Below are positions 34,930 to 46,849 of a DNA stretch of 64,000 bases, piece by piece. Under the pieces are notes generated by a model. It was not told the origin of the DNA, did not search any database, and saw only the letters and a list, made by a program, of their open reading frames with translations. Origin of the DNA: Macrostomum lignano (lineage: Eukaryota). The stretch covers positions 62,001 through 126,000 of the forward strand of contig NIVC01001175.1 of NCBI GenBank assembly GCA_002269645.1. Reading direction: 5' to 3'. The position numbers and the translations under genes are program-made. How positions within the stretch are numbered: the stretch's first letter is position 1; every line of letters begins with the position of its first letter.

Positions 34930-36070
34930 CCCAGTGATCGGCTTGTGGTCGGTGAACACCTGGATCTTGCGATTGTTGCTCAGGTACATGCGGACTGCTT
35001 GAGGCTCCAAACGATCGCGAGCAGCTCCTGGTCCGTTGTACTGTAGTTGCGCTCTGCTTTGCTCAGTGTCCGGGACGCGTAGGACACTGGCAGCTCCTGG
35101 CTGAGCACCGCACCCAAGGCCACAGTACTGCTGTCACAGCTGATGACGATAGGCCGGCTGAAGTCGGGCAGCTGGAGCACCGGGGCCTGGGTCAGCGCGT
35201 CCTTCAACTTGTTCAGCGCCGCAGCATGCTCTGGCATCCACACGAAGTCGCCGCCCGCGCCTTTCTGAGCCAGGTGATGCAGCGATTTGGCAATGTCAGA
35301 GAAGTTTGGCACAAACCTGCGGTAGAAGCTGAGCATGCCGAAGATGCGCCGAACATCCTCCTCGGACTGCGGCTCCGGCATCCGCCTGATCGCCTCGACC
35401 TTCTCCGCGGCAGGTGCGATGCCGCTCTCAGAGACTTAGTGGCCCAGTTACGTGACGCTCCGGTAGGCGAAGAAGCTCTTGCCTGGGTTCAGCTTCAGCT
35501 TGGCAGACCACAGTCGATTTAGCACCTTGGACATTTACTAAAAGTGGCTCTCAAAGTCCCTGTTGAAGATGATCAGGTCATCAATGTTCGCAATGACCTC
35601 CTCCCAGCTCAGATCGGTCATGATGAGCTCCATCATTCGCTGGTAAGTCGCAAGCGCGCTGCCGAATCCCATTTTGCGGAATTGCATCAGGCCGCTCGGA
35701 GTGTAGAACGCTGTCAACGGCCGATCCTCCTCTCTGACCTCCACCTGAAGGAAGCCTTGGCGCATGTCGATCGTAGAGAACCATGAGCAGCCAGCCAAGG
35801 AGTCGAGCGCTTGGTGCAAATGCGGCAGCGGGTGGGCGTCTTTCACTGTGAGGTTGTTCAGCGCCCGCCAGTCGACACAGACTCGGATGTCATTATTCTT
35901 CTTTCTGACGATTATCAGGTTGCTCGCCCACGGGCTGGTGGAGGGCTCGATGACGCCGTGTTGTCTCATCTGCCCCAGCTTCTCGGCCACCTGCCTCCTG
36001 AAGGCGTGAGGCACCCGCAGAGGCCGTTGGCGAATCGGGCGTGCGCCGTCGTCCGCATCGATTGAAGTGG
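34930..36070 (-). pseudogene. Gypsy reverse transcriptase and RNase H, disrupted
   Basis: PIRQRP, IEPSTSPWAS, RVCVDWRALN, IDDLII, CDSSTVALGAVL, YSTTDQELLAIV, VFTDHKP motifs. Confidence 0.93.
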
Positions 36071-36074
36071 TAAA

Positions 36075-38120
36075 AAAGAGCAAAATTGAAAAAAATATTG
36101 TTACTACAGCGACTCACGCTGATTTTCATGTTTTAAATATCGCTTTATATAGTATTTCCGACGTAAATAAGTATTAGGACTGCAATTAGCTATTATATTT
36201 CGTCGCATTTAGCAACCTTAGGCATTACAGTGAATGTCTAGAGAGGTGGGAATTCAGGTAATTCATCTTGATGCTCATATTGCACCCTAACCTGCAATAT
36301 GCAGCCATCAAGTTTTCAACCAATTCCTGATAGTTGTCAGCTTTCCTATTTCCTAGAAAGTTGCTGACCACCTGGCAAAAAGCATGCCAGGCTGCCCTTT
36401 TCACATTCGTCATCGAGCTCTCAAAATCGGCATCCCGCATCAATTACCGGACTTGCGGGATTTGCCAGCCTTCTCAGCTTCTCCTCAGTGAGTGACGGAA
36501 ATGCACGGCACAAATACTCGACGCACTTTCCTTGCTTGTCGAGCGCTTTGGTAAATTGCTTGATGAGGCCCAATTTGATGTGCAGGTCTTGTTGCGATTA
36601 ACCAATGGCTCGTGGATCACATTCTTGGCTTTGCAAGGCTCCAGATGCTCCCTGACAGGCCATTCCTTCTGAATGTAGTGCTTCTGCTTTGCACGGCTGT
36701 CCCACATGCACAAGAAACAGGGAAACTTGGTGTAGCCTGACTGCTGGCCTAGCAGAAAATTGCCATCTTCAGATCAACGCAAATTACTCATTGGTGGTCG
36801 TGGTAGGCTTCATACCTTCAATAGTCCGGTTATGTCAGTACAGTACACCAAGTCTTTCTCCTGCGCGAAGTACTTCATTAATGGGCAGTGCCTGTTGTAT
36901 CTTCACCGAGAAAGTTCTTCGACTTCAGCCTGGAAGCCAGTAGCTCGCTGGCTTGCTTAGAAAGATGCAGATTGCGCACCAAGTCATTCAGCTCTCCTGG
37001 CGAGAAAGTCTGAGGAGCACAGCTCTCGTCAGAAGGCAATTAGGCATCATCATAAGCGAATGCATCCCCAGTGTCGCATTCCATGTCATCTTCGCCATCG
37101 CTGATGTCTTGCAGCCCAGCATACGCAGGTACAGGAATTTCCTCACAGTGAAGGACTGGCCGACGCGTTGTTTCAAGGTCAGGGTGTGTGAGAGTTATGC
37201 CGATTGTTGCGATTGATAATGTTTAGGCTGATGGCGCAAAAATAGCAGTCGCTGATGTGATTTGGTGTTCTCTCCACACCATCAGGATGCCGAACTTCAT
37301 GCCTCTGCTCTTGCCTTTGGTCCACAGGCGAAGTGCCTCTGTGCAGCTCTTGCAGACAACATGGGGGGCCCTTCGCTTGTCCTGGTCTGCAAGCTGCATT
37401 CCAAAGTATGACATATAGGCACGCTTAATGAATGGTGTTACAGAATTCAACCGATGCTTGAGGTTTTACTTGCCACAAATGTAGCAGAATGAGTTTGGGT
37501 CGTTCCTACATGCTCGCCTAGCCGATGCCATGGTTCCAAATTTGAGGTGAGGGTAGCCAGCGCGCACAGTGGTGATAGTTATAGAATTATTTGGCGATCA
37601 CAAGTGCCTGCTTTTATAGGCGTATCATATCATTATTTTATAGGCGCTGAGACCTGGGCCAAGCAGTCAAGATTAACACTTTTCAAAATTTTAGATTCAT
37701 ATTGATATCCTTAAGTGTTCATTCATGATTGCTTGGAAATCGAGAAGTGAGCACTACTGTCCTTCATATAAATACCTCTTTTTTCAAATTTTACCTGTTT
37801 ACCAAACGTGATCGTGGATACTCTAAAGTGCTTGTGGGATTTTTTTGCGCTTTGACCGCCATTATTTGCCTCCTAAACATCCCTTTGTGCGTTGAATACT
37901 AGTAAAAAGGCATTTTAAACTTGCAGATTGGTGTTCAACCTGATTTTTGGAAAAAAAAACATTAAATTTCTGCGATCATTTCAGAAATTCAAATTTGCCA
38001 AAAAACTTGACCTGATTGAGCAAAATGAAGGTGATTTTTGGATTCAGCGCCTCAAAATTATCTGAAATCAGCTGAGAAAGTATTGACCTTTTGAAAAAAA
38101 AACATTTTTTGTTGGCCAGT
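36075..38120 (-). mobile_element. Chapaev3-like (CMC) DNA transposon, 3'-truncated, transposase pseudogene (ATG 37531)
   Basis: MASARRACRNDPNSFCYICG; YFGMQLADQDK...APHVVCKSC; VWRE; AWHAFCQVVSNFLGNRKADNY...GCNMSIKMNYLNSHL. Terminus (C)ACTGGCCAACAAAAAA at ~38105-38120 with a GCTGAATCC subterminal motif. Family assignment from recalled motifs. Confidence 0.72.
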
Positions 38121-38235
38121 ACTTATCGTAAGGGCTTGCTAGCCCTGGGTACCGTTTCGTTTTGTTATCGTCTCGTCTCAGCCTCAGCTCCAAAAAGTTT
38201 GGCGGACCATCGGTCTCTTCATTTCTACAGTGCAG

Positions 38236-40005
38236 GGGCCCGTGCTATAGAAAAGCAGCTACGAGCGCGTAAAGCAATAAAACCATGCATTTTAGGCTAC
38301 AAGCCTGCGCATTTAATTAGTTGATAAACTAAGTGAATAAAAATGGTGTAAATGCTATCGTAATGACTTGCTTATGGGCTATTAGAGACCATAAAATTGG
38401 TAATTATTGTTTTCAGCAAAACGTGCCCGTTTTCGGCACAGACAATAGTACATGTACTGAAGAGTTGATTCGGGAGGTGATCAGTCTCCCGAAAACTCCC
38501 ACTTCCAGACACTTAAGCCTGGGAACAAAATCAGTGATCACTTACTGTTGCGGGCTCCTCTTCTTTGTCGCGCGTGTCTGTAGAGCTGTTCCTCCCGGGG
38601 TAGTCTTCTTGAAGTCTAGAGTCGGCCGAAAGTGAGAGCGTAACAATTAAATCGACGTCGCAGTATTTCTTCAAGTGCAGAATTCAATATATCCTCGAGT
38701 GCCGAAATCAATGTCAACGATGCGCCCTAATAACAAAATCAACTTCAATACGAGGTCCTCCAGAAAGGGCGTCTTCTTCTAGAACTAACGGAATCGGAGT
38801 CGTGTGCTCCTATCGGTTAATCTAGGATAACCAAAATCAATCAAATCAATAATCCTCTAAGGGTATCGGAATCGGTCCGCAGATCCTATCCAATCCCTTA
38901 GGAAAAGGGAGGCCTCAAACTCAATAGACTCGACAAAATCAACTGAACAGTAACGGCCGGCAATAACAATCGCTCTCAATAATCAAAATAACGAAGACTT
39001 GAACAAAGCTTACCAATTGGTGTTTCTCTTCCTCAGAGATATAGCCTCTTCGGAGGCTGCTCCGAGTCTGAGATTTCAGCTCGGATTTTGCGTTTGTATT
39101 TATACACAATTTTTCGGCCTTGAGTCGACCTTGAGCTCAAAACCGGTTTTTTTGATGAGTTCACGAAAGGAATTTTATTATTTGACAGGTGGGGTTTTTG
39201 AATAGAAAGGGGTGAGACTTGGGTCACATTCAGGTTAACATTGACCATATTTGGAAGTTCTAAAAATAGATGTCGAGAACCGGTTTTTTCGAACAATAGC
39301 ATAGCCACTCGCTGTTTGCGTGATATGACTGGTATTACTAAAAATAGAGTATGACAAAGCTATTTTTAAATTTGTATTCATAACTTTATGTGACTACTTT
39401 TAGTAGGCTACTGTGTTTGAAAATCTCTACAGTACATGTCGAAATCTAAGATTTGTGATGTTTTATGATGCAACATATGTTTGTTGAAAGTGGCGTTGAT
39501 TCTCATTCAGCAGAAATCGTGACACAGTACGAAATTCTTGGAAAAAGCTTGTCCTTTGTTAAATTGCCTGGGTCGCCGATCGTTGGCTCCCTCATCGTCC
39601 GAGCCTAGGTCGCTATCCGAAAACATGACAAAAAAGACACTCCTACTAACCTAAGAGTAAAATTTGGCCCTTGAAATCTTATCTAGGAGTTAGGAGCTAG
39701 AAATGAAATTCGCTCCTTCTATAGGACACGCAACACCTAAAATTCACTCCAAGGACCACTAGAAGTTACCGTTGTGGTCCTTGATTCACTCCTTAACGGC
39801 AACTCCTAGCTCCTACTCCCCGCTCCTTATTCTATAGCACGCGAGAAACTCCTAAATTCACCAAGGAGTCTCCTACGTCCTTAAAGGAGCCTCCTAGCTC
39901 TTAAAATTTACTCTTATTTCTATAGCACAGAAAAGCCATCTAGAAGTTAGGAGTTAGGACACTCTTAAGGATTTAGGACTTAAGAGTATTCTTTAGCACA
40001 GGCCC
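38236..40005. mobile_element. Non-autonomous PIF/Harbinger-like element, 1770 bp
   Basis: TIRs GGGCCCGTGCTATAGAA / TTCTTTAGCACAGGCCC (15/17 match); 3-bp TSD CAG (38233-38235, 40006-40008); subterminal (T)TAGGAG/CTCCTA repeats; no transposase seen. Confidence 0.7.
38453..39020 (+). mobile_element. Unclassified dispersed repeat, copy 1 (starts TG; LTR-like), nested in the Harbinger-like element
   Basis: Colinear with the reverse complement of 55440-55480 plus 56555-56962; shared motifs include CTCCAGAAAGGGCGTCTTCTTCT, GATCCTATCCAATCCCTTAG, TAACGGCCGGCAATA. Confidence 0.7.
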
Positions 40006-40359
40006 CAGAACTGGAGCCTCGCCACTTGTGCACATCCACGTCCTCATCAATAACCTCCGTGCTCTCGAAGGTGGCGATGCTCTAGTTAGACCGGGCTGCA
40101 GCTGAGGTTGCACACCTGAACCGGGATCTTGCCGCTCTCTTAAGGTATCGCGAACACGCAGCACTCCGATTCTGTCGATGAACTCCTGTGACGGCTCGAA
40201 GATGCCCTGTGCCTGCTTGGTCTCTATCGTCATGTCCACGACTTTAACTGACCTTGGCGGTACTACGACGACGCCCTGAAATCTGGCGATGATCACTGCC
40301 GGTTTCAGCTCGCAGCGACAGTCCAGCTCTCTCAAGGCAACGTCGTTGATCAGAGAGGT

Positions 40360-41085
40360 CTGCGCTCCGGTGTCCAGCAGCCAGCGGCACGGCTTGCCGT
40401 TTGCCTCTCCAGGAATAAAAATCGCATGAAGCACGGGATTGCTCCTTGGGGTTTGTGTGGGTCCCGCACCCGTTGCACCAACCCTTAGAAGTTTCCCGGA
40501 GCCTTTGATGGACAGACCGAGGCTTTGTGCCCCCTCCCAGAGCACTTGTGGCAGATGATCGGACCCGGCTGTTTCTCTCGCTGCTGACATTGCGCTGCAC
40601 GGTGTCCGAGCTGGCCGCAGTTGAAGCAGCCGCCTCCTCGCTGTTGACGGCGACGCCGAGTGTCGGTACCGGACTGCACGCTGACCCTCGCGATGAGCTC
40701 CTCTATGCGTTTCTCCAGTCGGTCCAAACGGTCCTCGCCCGGTCCCGCTGCTGAAGTAGCGCCGACGGCTCCGACTGCCGCCACAGACTGTCGCCCAGCC
40801 AGCTCTTCCAGCCGAATCGCCCGCTGCAGCAGTCTCCAGGCTGCAGGTCTCTGCGTCCTCTGCCTTAAGCAGGTTGTCACGAATGTCGGCCTTGAGTAGC
40901 TGCAGGAGTTTGAAGCGCACATCTCGGTCTCGCTGAGCAATTGAGTCCTCCGGTCTGGTTTTCTGGTGTAGCAGCTTCAGGTTGAAGCAGAGCTCACGCA
41001 GACAGAGTCTCGGCATCTCCACGTTTCCTCGCGTAGAAGTCGCTCATGGCCTTAGAGCTGTCGGCTTCACCTCCATACAACATTG
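40360..41085 (-). pseudogene. Gypsy gag (two zinc knuckles) and aspartic protease, 5'-truncated and frameshifted
   Basis: CFNCGQLGHRAAQC, CHKCSGRGHKASVC, WLLDTGAQTSLI. Confidence 0.9.
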
Positions 41086-41589
41086 TGAGGGTCCTTTATA
41101 CTTTTAAAGCTCTTTTTGTCTTGTCTCGGCCAGGTCACAGACGATCAGTTGGGCATCTCCTGTGAGCAGCAGCTTCAATTTATCCCACCGGACCATTTTA
41201 TCCCGTTTAGATCAGTATTGTGTTGGATAGTTTATTTTAGATATAAGTGCATTAGACATAATTATAGTTTAGTAGATGTCTATTTAAGGGGGATTTGGTT
41301 GTCCCAGGGTGGGGGGTGGTTGACCATTGCTATCACCCTTAGATGAGCGGTTGTAAGTATTCATTGGGATAGCTAATTTTAAATAGAAAGGATTATGTAT
41401 AAATCGATTTTAGTGGATGTTGATCTAAGGGGGATTTTGTGCAGGTTGTGCCAGAACTCTCCTCTTGCCTACTACATGTACTTCAGTGTAATTGCGCAAC
41501 GTAATGTATACTTCATTCTCTCTGATGCTCAGTGTATTTTGAAAGCTATTCAATCAATAATTTAGAAGGCTGCAAATGTGACTGAGGTA

Positions 41590-42660
41590 CTTGTATTTTC
41601 GAGTGAAGACAGGCATAGCAAAGGTGACTTTAAACCAAGTTTTCTTTTATTCATTGAACAACGAGTACGTCGACATTCCCGGGGACAATTTGAAGCGCAA
41701 AATGCGAGAAAAAGTAAAGCCTTTTCTTCCAAGACGGTCAATTGTTCTACAAAGTGAGAAACCGGAACTGCAGCAAGAAGAGGCGCCCAGAACAGCAGCG
41801 GCGTGCGCTCTTTACGAAGGATGAAGTCAGGGAATAAATCAAAACACTGCACGTTGAGTCATGTTACATGGGATTAAAGAGCACGATTGGCCTCTTTACC
41901 ACGCGATTCTACAGCGATGTGCCTGTTACACCAATTGTAGAGTCGGTAGTAAAGTCAGGCAATTGATGTGAAAAGACAAACAAGAAGTTCACCAGCAAAC
42001 AGCGGGAAATAAATCCGATTGAGGTGCTTACTGACGCTCGACGATTGTTCGGCTTTGTTGTAAAGTGAGTGTACTCACTGGTTTGGTCTGCTAATTACTG
42101 GTGGGGGTTAAGGAATGCGATGTACATGCGCGCTCTGATTGTACATGTACATGCGTTCTCGATTAAATATAACAGTAACTCCACCCTTAGTGTGAGGGTT
42201 TGAATTTGCTTTCTGAACTAAACTTGACTGGCTTGTCTCTCGCTCACTACAGGCTTCCTCTGCTTGGATTTAGTTACAATGCCGACCACAACTGAGAGTG
42301 GAGATCTTTATATCCTGCCTATATGTTGCAAATTTACGAAATTTGCAGTTTTTCGCCCAATACCAAATGTACGAGCCGAAATGGTCGCTCGAGAACTGAA
42401 ACGCCTATTTGGCCTTTTTGGCTGGCCTCGCATTCTTTTGAGTGATCAAGGCAGGGAATTCTGCAACTCCATCATCGAGGCTTTGCGACAGGAGGGCGGT
42501 ACGGAAAGACGAGTAACGAGTGCCTACAATCCCCAGACAATGGACAAGCTGAGAGGCTAAACCAAACGTGCCTCAGCTTGCTTCGCAAGGTTTGCAACTC
42601 CCCAACTGACATTAATTGGGATCGGCCATCTGGACGCAATCCAACTTGCTACAGTTGTAC
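41590..42660 (+). pseudogene. Degenerate DDE integrase/transposase of Ginger/Gypsy type
   Basis: MGLKST...RFY...N*CEK...INPIEV (HHCC remnant), then LDLVTM, LSDQGREFCN, SAYNPQT. No RT or RNase H nearby. Confidence 0.72.
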
Positions 42661-42663
42661 TAC

Positions 42664-45600
42664 AGGGCCCGATTCTTGGGGTGACCCAGGGCCAGATCCA
42701 TGGGGTGACCCAGGGCCAGATCCATGGGGTGACCCAGGACCAGATTCATGGGGTGACCCAGGGCCAGGTTCTTGGGGCCAGATTCTTGGGGTGACCCAGG
42801 GCCAGATTCTTGGGGTGACCCAGGGCCAGATTCTTGGGGTGACCCAGGGCCAGATTCTTGGGGTGACCCAGGGCCAGATTCATGGGGTGACCCAGGACCA
42901 GATTCATGGGGTGACCCAGGGCCAGATTCATGGGGTGACCCAGGGCCAGGTTCTTGGGGCCAGATTCTTGGGGTGACCCAGGGCCAGATTCTTGGGGTGA
43001 CCCAGGGCCAGATTCTTGGGGTGACCTAGGGCCAGATTCTTGGGGTGACCCAGGGCCAGATTCTTGGGGTGACCCAGGGCCAGATTCTTGGGGTGACCCA
43101 GGGCCAGATTCTTGGGGTGACCCAGGGCCAGATTCTTGGGGTGACCCAGGGCCAGATTCTTGGGGTGACCCAGGGCCAGATTCTTGGGGTGACCCAGGGC
43201 CAGATTCTTGGGTGACCCAGGGCCAGATTCTTGGGGTGACCCAGGGCCAGATTCTTGGGGTGACCCAGGGCCAGATTCTTGGGGTGACCCAGGGCCAGAT
43301 TCTTGGGGTGACCCAGGGCCAGATTCTTGGGGTGACCCAGGGCCAGATTCTTGGGGTGACCCAGGGCCAGATTCTTGGGGTGACCCAGGGCCAGATTCAT
43401 GGGGTGACCCAGGGCCAGATCCATGGGGTGACCCAGGACCAGATTCATGGGGTGACCCAGGGCCAGATCCATGGGGTGACCCAGGGCCAGATCCATGGGG
43501 TGACCCAGGGCCAGATCCATGGGGTGACCCAGGGCCAGATTCTTGGGGCCAGATTCTTGGGGTGACCCAGGGCCAGATTCTTTGGGTGACCCAGGGCCAG
43601 GTTTTTGGGGTGACCCAGGGCCAGATTCTTGGGGTGACCCAGGGCCAGGTTTTTGGGGTGACCCAGGGCCAGATTCTTGGGGTGACCCAGGGCCAGATCC
43701 ATGGGGTGACCCAGGGCCAGATTCTTGGGGTGACCCAGGGCCAGATCCATGGGGTGACCCAGGGCCAGATTCTTGGGGTGACCCAGGGCCAGATTCTTGG
43801 GGCCAGATTCATGGGGTGACCCAGGGCCAGATTCTTGGGGTGACCCAGGGCCAGATTCTTGGGGTGACCCAGGGCCAGATTCTTGGGGTGACCCAGGACC
43901 AGATTCTTGGGGTGACCCAGGGCCAGATTCATGGGGTGACCCAGGGCCAGATCCATGGGGTGACCCAGGGCCAGATCCATGGGGTGACCCAGGGCCAGAT
44001 CCATGGGGTGACCCAGGGCCAGATTCTTGGGGCCAGATTCTTGGGGTGACCCAGGGCCAGATTCTTGGGGTGACCCAGGGCCAGGTTTTTGGGGTGACCC
44101 AGGGCCAGATTCTTGGGGTGACCCAGGGCCAGGTTTTTGGGGTGACCCAGGGCCAGATTCTTGGGGTGACCCAGGGCCAGATCCATGGGGTGACCCAGGG
44201 CCAGATTCTTGGGGTGACCCAGGGCCAGATCCATGGGGTGACCCAGGGCCAGATTCTTGGGGTGACCCAGGGCCAGATTCTTGGGGCCAGATTCATGGGG
44301 TGACCCAGGGCCAGATTCTTGGGGTGACCCAGGGCCAGATTCTTGGGGTGACCCAGGGCCAGATTCTTGGGGTGACCTAGGGCCAGATTCTTGGGGTGAC
44401 CCAGGGCCAGATTCTTGGGGTGACCCAGGGCCAGATTCTTGGGGTGACCTAGGGCCAGATTCTTGGGGTGACCCAGGGCCAGATTCTTGGGGTGACCCAG
44501 GGCCAGATTCTTGGGGTGACCTAGGGCCAGATTCTTGGGGTGACCCAGGGCCAGATTCTTGGGTGACCCAGGGCCAGATTCTTGGGGTGACCCAGGGCCA
44601 GATTCTTGGGGTGACCCAGGGCCAGATTCTTGGGGTGACCCAGGGCCAGATTCTTGGGGCCAGATTCATGGGGTGACCCAGGGCCAGATTCTTGGGGTGA
44701 CCCAGGGCCAGATTCTTGGGGTGACCCAGGGCCAGATTCTTGGGTGACCCAGGGCCAGATTCTTGGGGTGACCCAGGGCCAGATTCTTGGGTGACCCAGG
44801 GCCAGATTCTTGGGGCCAGATTCTTGGGGTGACCCAGGGCCAGATTCTTGGGGTGACCCAGGGCCAGGTTTTTGGGGTGACCCAGGGCCAGATTCTTGGG
44901 GTGACCCAGGGCCAGATCCATGGGGTGACCCAGGACCAGATTCTTGGGGTGACCCAGGGCCAGATCCATGGGGTGACCCAGGACCAGATTCTTGGGGTGA
45001 CCCAGGGCCAGATCCATGGGGTGACCCAGGACCAGATTCTTGGGGTGACCCAGGGCCAGATCCATGGGGTGACCCAGGACCAGATTCTTGGGGTGACCCA
45101 GGGCCAGATCCATGGGGTGACCTAGGGCCAGATTCTTGGGGTGACCCAGGGCCAGATTCTTGGGGTGACCCAGGGCCAGATTCTTGGGGTGACCCAGGGC
45201 CAGATTCTTGGGGTGACCCAGGGCCAGATTCTTGGGGTGACCCAGGGCCAGATTCTTGGGGCCAGATTCATGGGGTGACCCAGGGCCAGATTCTTGGGGT
45301 GACCCAGGGCCAGATTCTTGGGGTGACCCAGGGCCAGATTCTTGGGGTGACCCAGGGCCAGATTCTTGGGGTGACCCAGGGCCAGATTCTTGGGGTGACC
45401 CAGGGCCAGATTCTTGGGGCCAGATTCTTGGGGTGACCCAGGGCCAGATTCTTGGGGTGACCCAGGGCCAGGTTTTTGGGGTGACCCAGGGCCAGATTCT
45501 TGGGGTGACCCAGGGCCAGATCCATGGGGTGACCCAGGACCAGATTCTTGGGGTGACCCAGGGCCAGATCCATGGGGTGACCCAGGACCAGATTCTTGGG

Positions 45601-45680
45601 GTGACCCAGGGCCAGATTCTTGGGGTGACCCAGGGCCAGATCCATGGGGTGACCCAGGACCAGATTCTTGGGGTGACCCA
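42664..45680. repeat. 24-nt minisatellite GGGGTGACCCAGGGCCAGATTCTT (~125 units) with recurrent 14-nt short units and a 484-bp higher-order period in part
   Basis: Period 24; equivalent ORF starts at 43543/44027 and 43797/44281 are 484 apart. Confidence 0.97.
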
Positions 45681-45774
45681 CCATACTTTTTTAACACAAG
45701 CTCGTTATATGCGTTTTTTGTGAGATTTTAGCATAATGCGCTGCTCTAATTCTAAAAATTCGCTGGGGGTAACC

Positions 45775-45990
45775 ACCCACCCACCGCCGCCTGACCTACA
45801 ACCACATGGGCATTGTTGACATCCGCGGCACTCCCACTGTAACAGAGTGCGGCAGCTGCGTTATCACATGCAGAAAGCACCACTATGATCAGACTTACAA
45901 CGCTTCGATTTTTACCGGCTGCGGCTGTGGCGGCTGCCCATGCGCTGCTTCTAAAAACAGCAAGCGATATTTTTACCGAATTCAAACAGA
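45775..45990 (+). pseudogene. Third, internally deleted copy of the Ly6-like gene
   Basis: LTYNHMGIVDIRGTPTVTECGSCVITCRK aligns to exon 2. GGCGGCTGCCCATGCGCTGCTTCTAAAAACAG aligns to the paralog stop region GGCCGCTGCCCTGCGCAGCTTCTAAAAGCAG. Signal exon, intron 2, CxxDQCN and most of the GPI tail are missing. Confidence 0.8.
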
Positions 45991-46317
45991 TTAAAATGTT
46001 TTGAAATAACTATAGATAGAAAACCTAGAAAGGCTCGCAGATCTTTGTAGTTTGTTCCGCTTTTCAGCACTAAATCATGACAAGAACTAATTTTTACTAT
46101 ACTGTAGTGTACACTTATTTTTATACCGTACTTTCTAGTGAGATAAAATTTACTGCACTTACTCTGGCTTAACTTTTTAATCTGTGCATAAGCAGCGCTT
46201 TATAAATATGAAAGCTAATGAAAATTTATAAATCAGTACTTACATAAAGTATAATGATACAAAATGGCAGATTGCAGGTTATTATATAGTTTAAAACTGC
46301 CAGGGAGAGAAATTCTG

Positions 46318-46849
46318 AATGGTATGGTTCTTGTGCACAGAGTGCCTGAGGGACAGACTGTAAATCAGGAGCATTACAGACGCTTCATTATTTACCATCT
46401 TCGACCAGCACTCCAGAAGAAGCAAGCACTGACACTTTCGAATAGACCCCTTTTGCTGCATGACAACGCAAGCCCCCACACTGGTCGGATTGTGTAGTAG
46501 CTGCTGGCAAACTACGGCTGGGAAGTCCTACCTCATCCCGCCTATTCTCCCGACCTTGTGACTTCGATCTCTTTCCAAAGCTAAAAAATCAGCTACAAGG
46601 CCACCGCTACTGCTGCCTGGACGAACTCTTCAGCATCATCGTCCGAGTGCTTCAACACCTGTGTGATTCTGGTGCTGCTGACGGAGTCAAGAAACTACCA
46701 GAGCGCTGGCAGCGTGTGATTGCGGCCAATGAAAGTTATTTTGAAGGCCTATGAAGTTTTTAAACTTTCCTGATGTACTGTTGCGTTTTTATTTGGTGAC
46801 TGGACGGATGTTTGGGATGCCAGTAGATGAGAAAACTATTATTGAACTA
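46318..46849 (+). mobile_element. Mariner transposase 3' fragment (a different family from 4330-5633), TIR cut off by the satellite
   Basis: VPEGQTVNQEHY, LLHDNASPHT, LPHPAYSPDL, PERWQRVI...YFEGL*; partial TIR AAAACTATTATTGAAC at ~46832-46847. Confidence 0.88.

Larger units (their letters stand above)
29240..41090 (-). mobile_element. Decayed Ty3/Gypsy LTR retrotransposon interrupted by nested insertions; outer limits approximate, 5' LTR not found
   Basis: Minus-strand order: gag with 2 CCHC knuckles (~40490-41085), protease LLDTGA (~40370), RT (~35400-36070), RNase H (~34930-35380), integrase (~33400-34250), GPY/F (~33180-33330), RRSGRERRRPDFY tail (~29560-29610), polypurine tract GGGGCAGAGTAG then TG at 29428. 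Confidence 0.88.

Noticed and set aside
39152-39168. Hammerhead-like TTGATGA...GAAA here, and CTGATGA...GAAA at ~14640-14662 (-)
   Set aside because: C3 is missing or stem II cannot form.
42578-45731. Many long [24 protein letters not shown] ORFs
   Set aside because: Products of the 24-nt minisatellite; open in several frames and both strands with no splice or start context.
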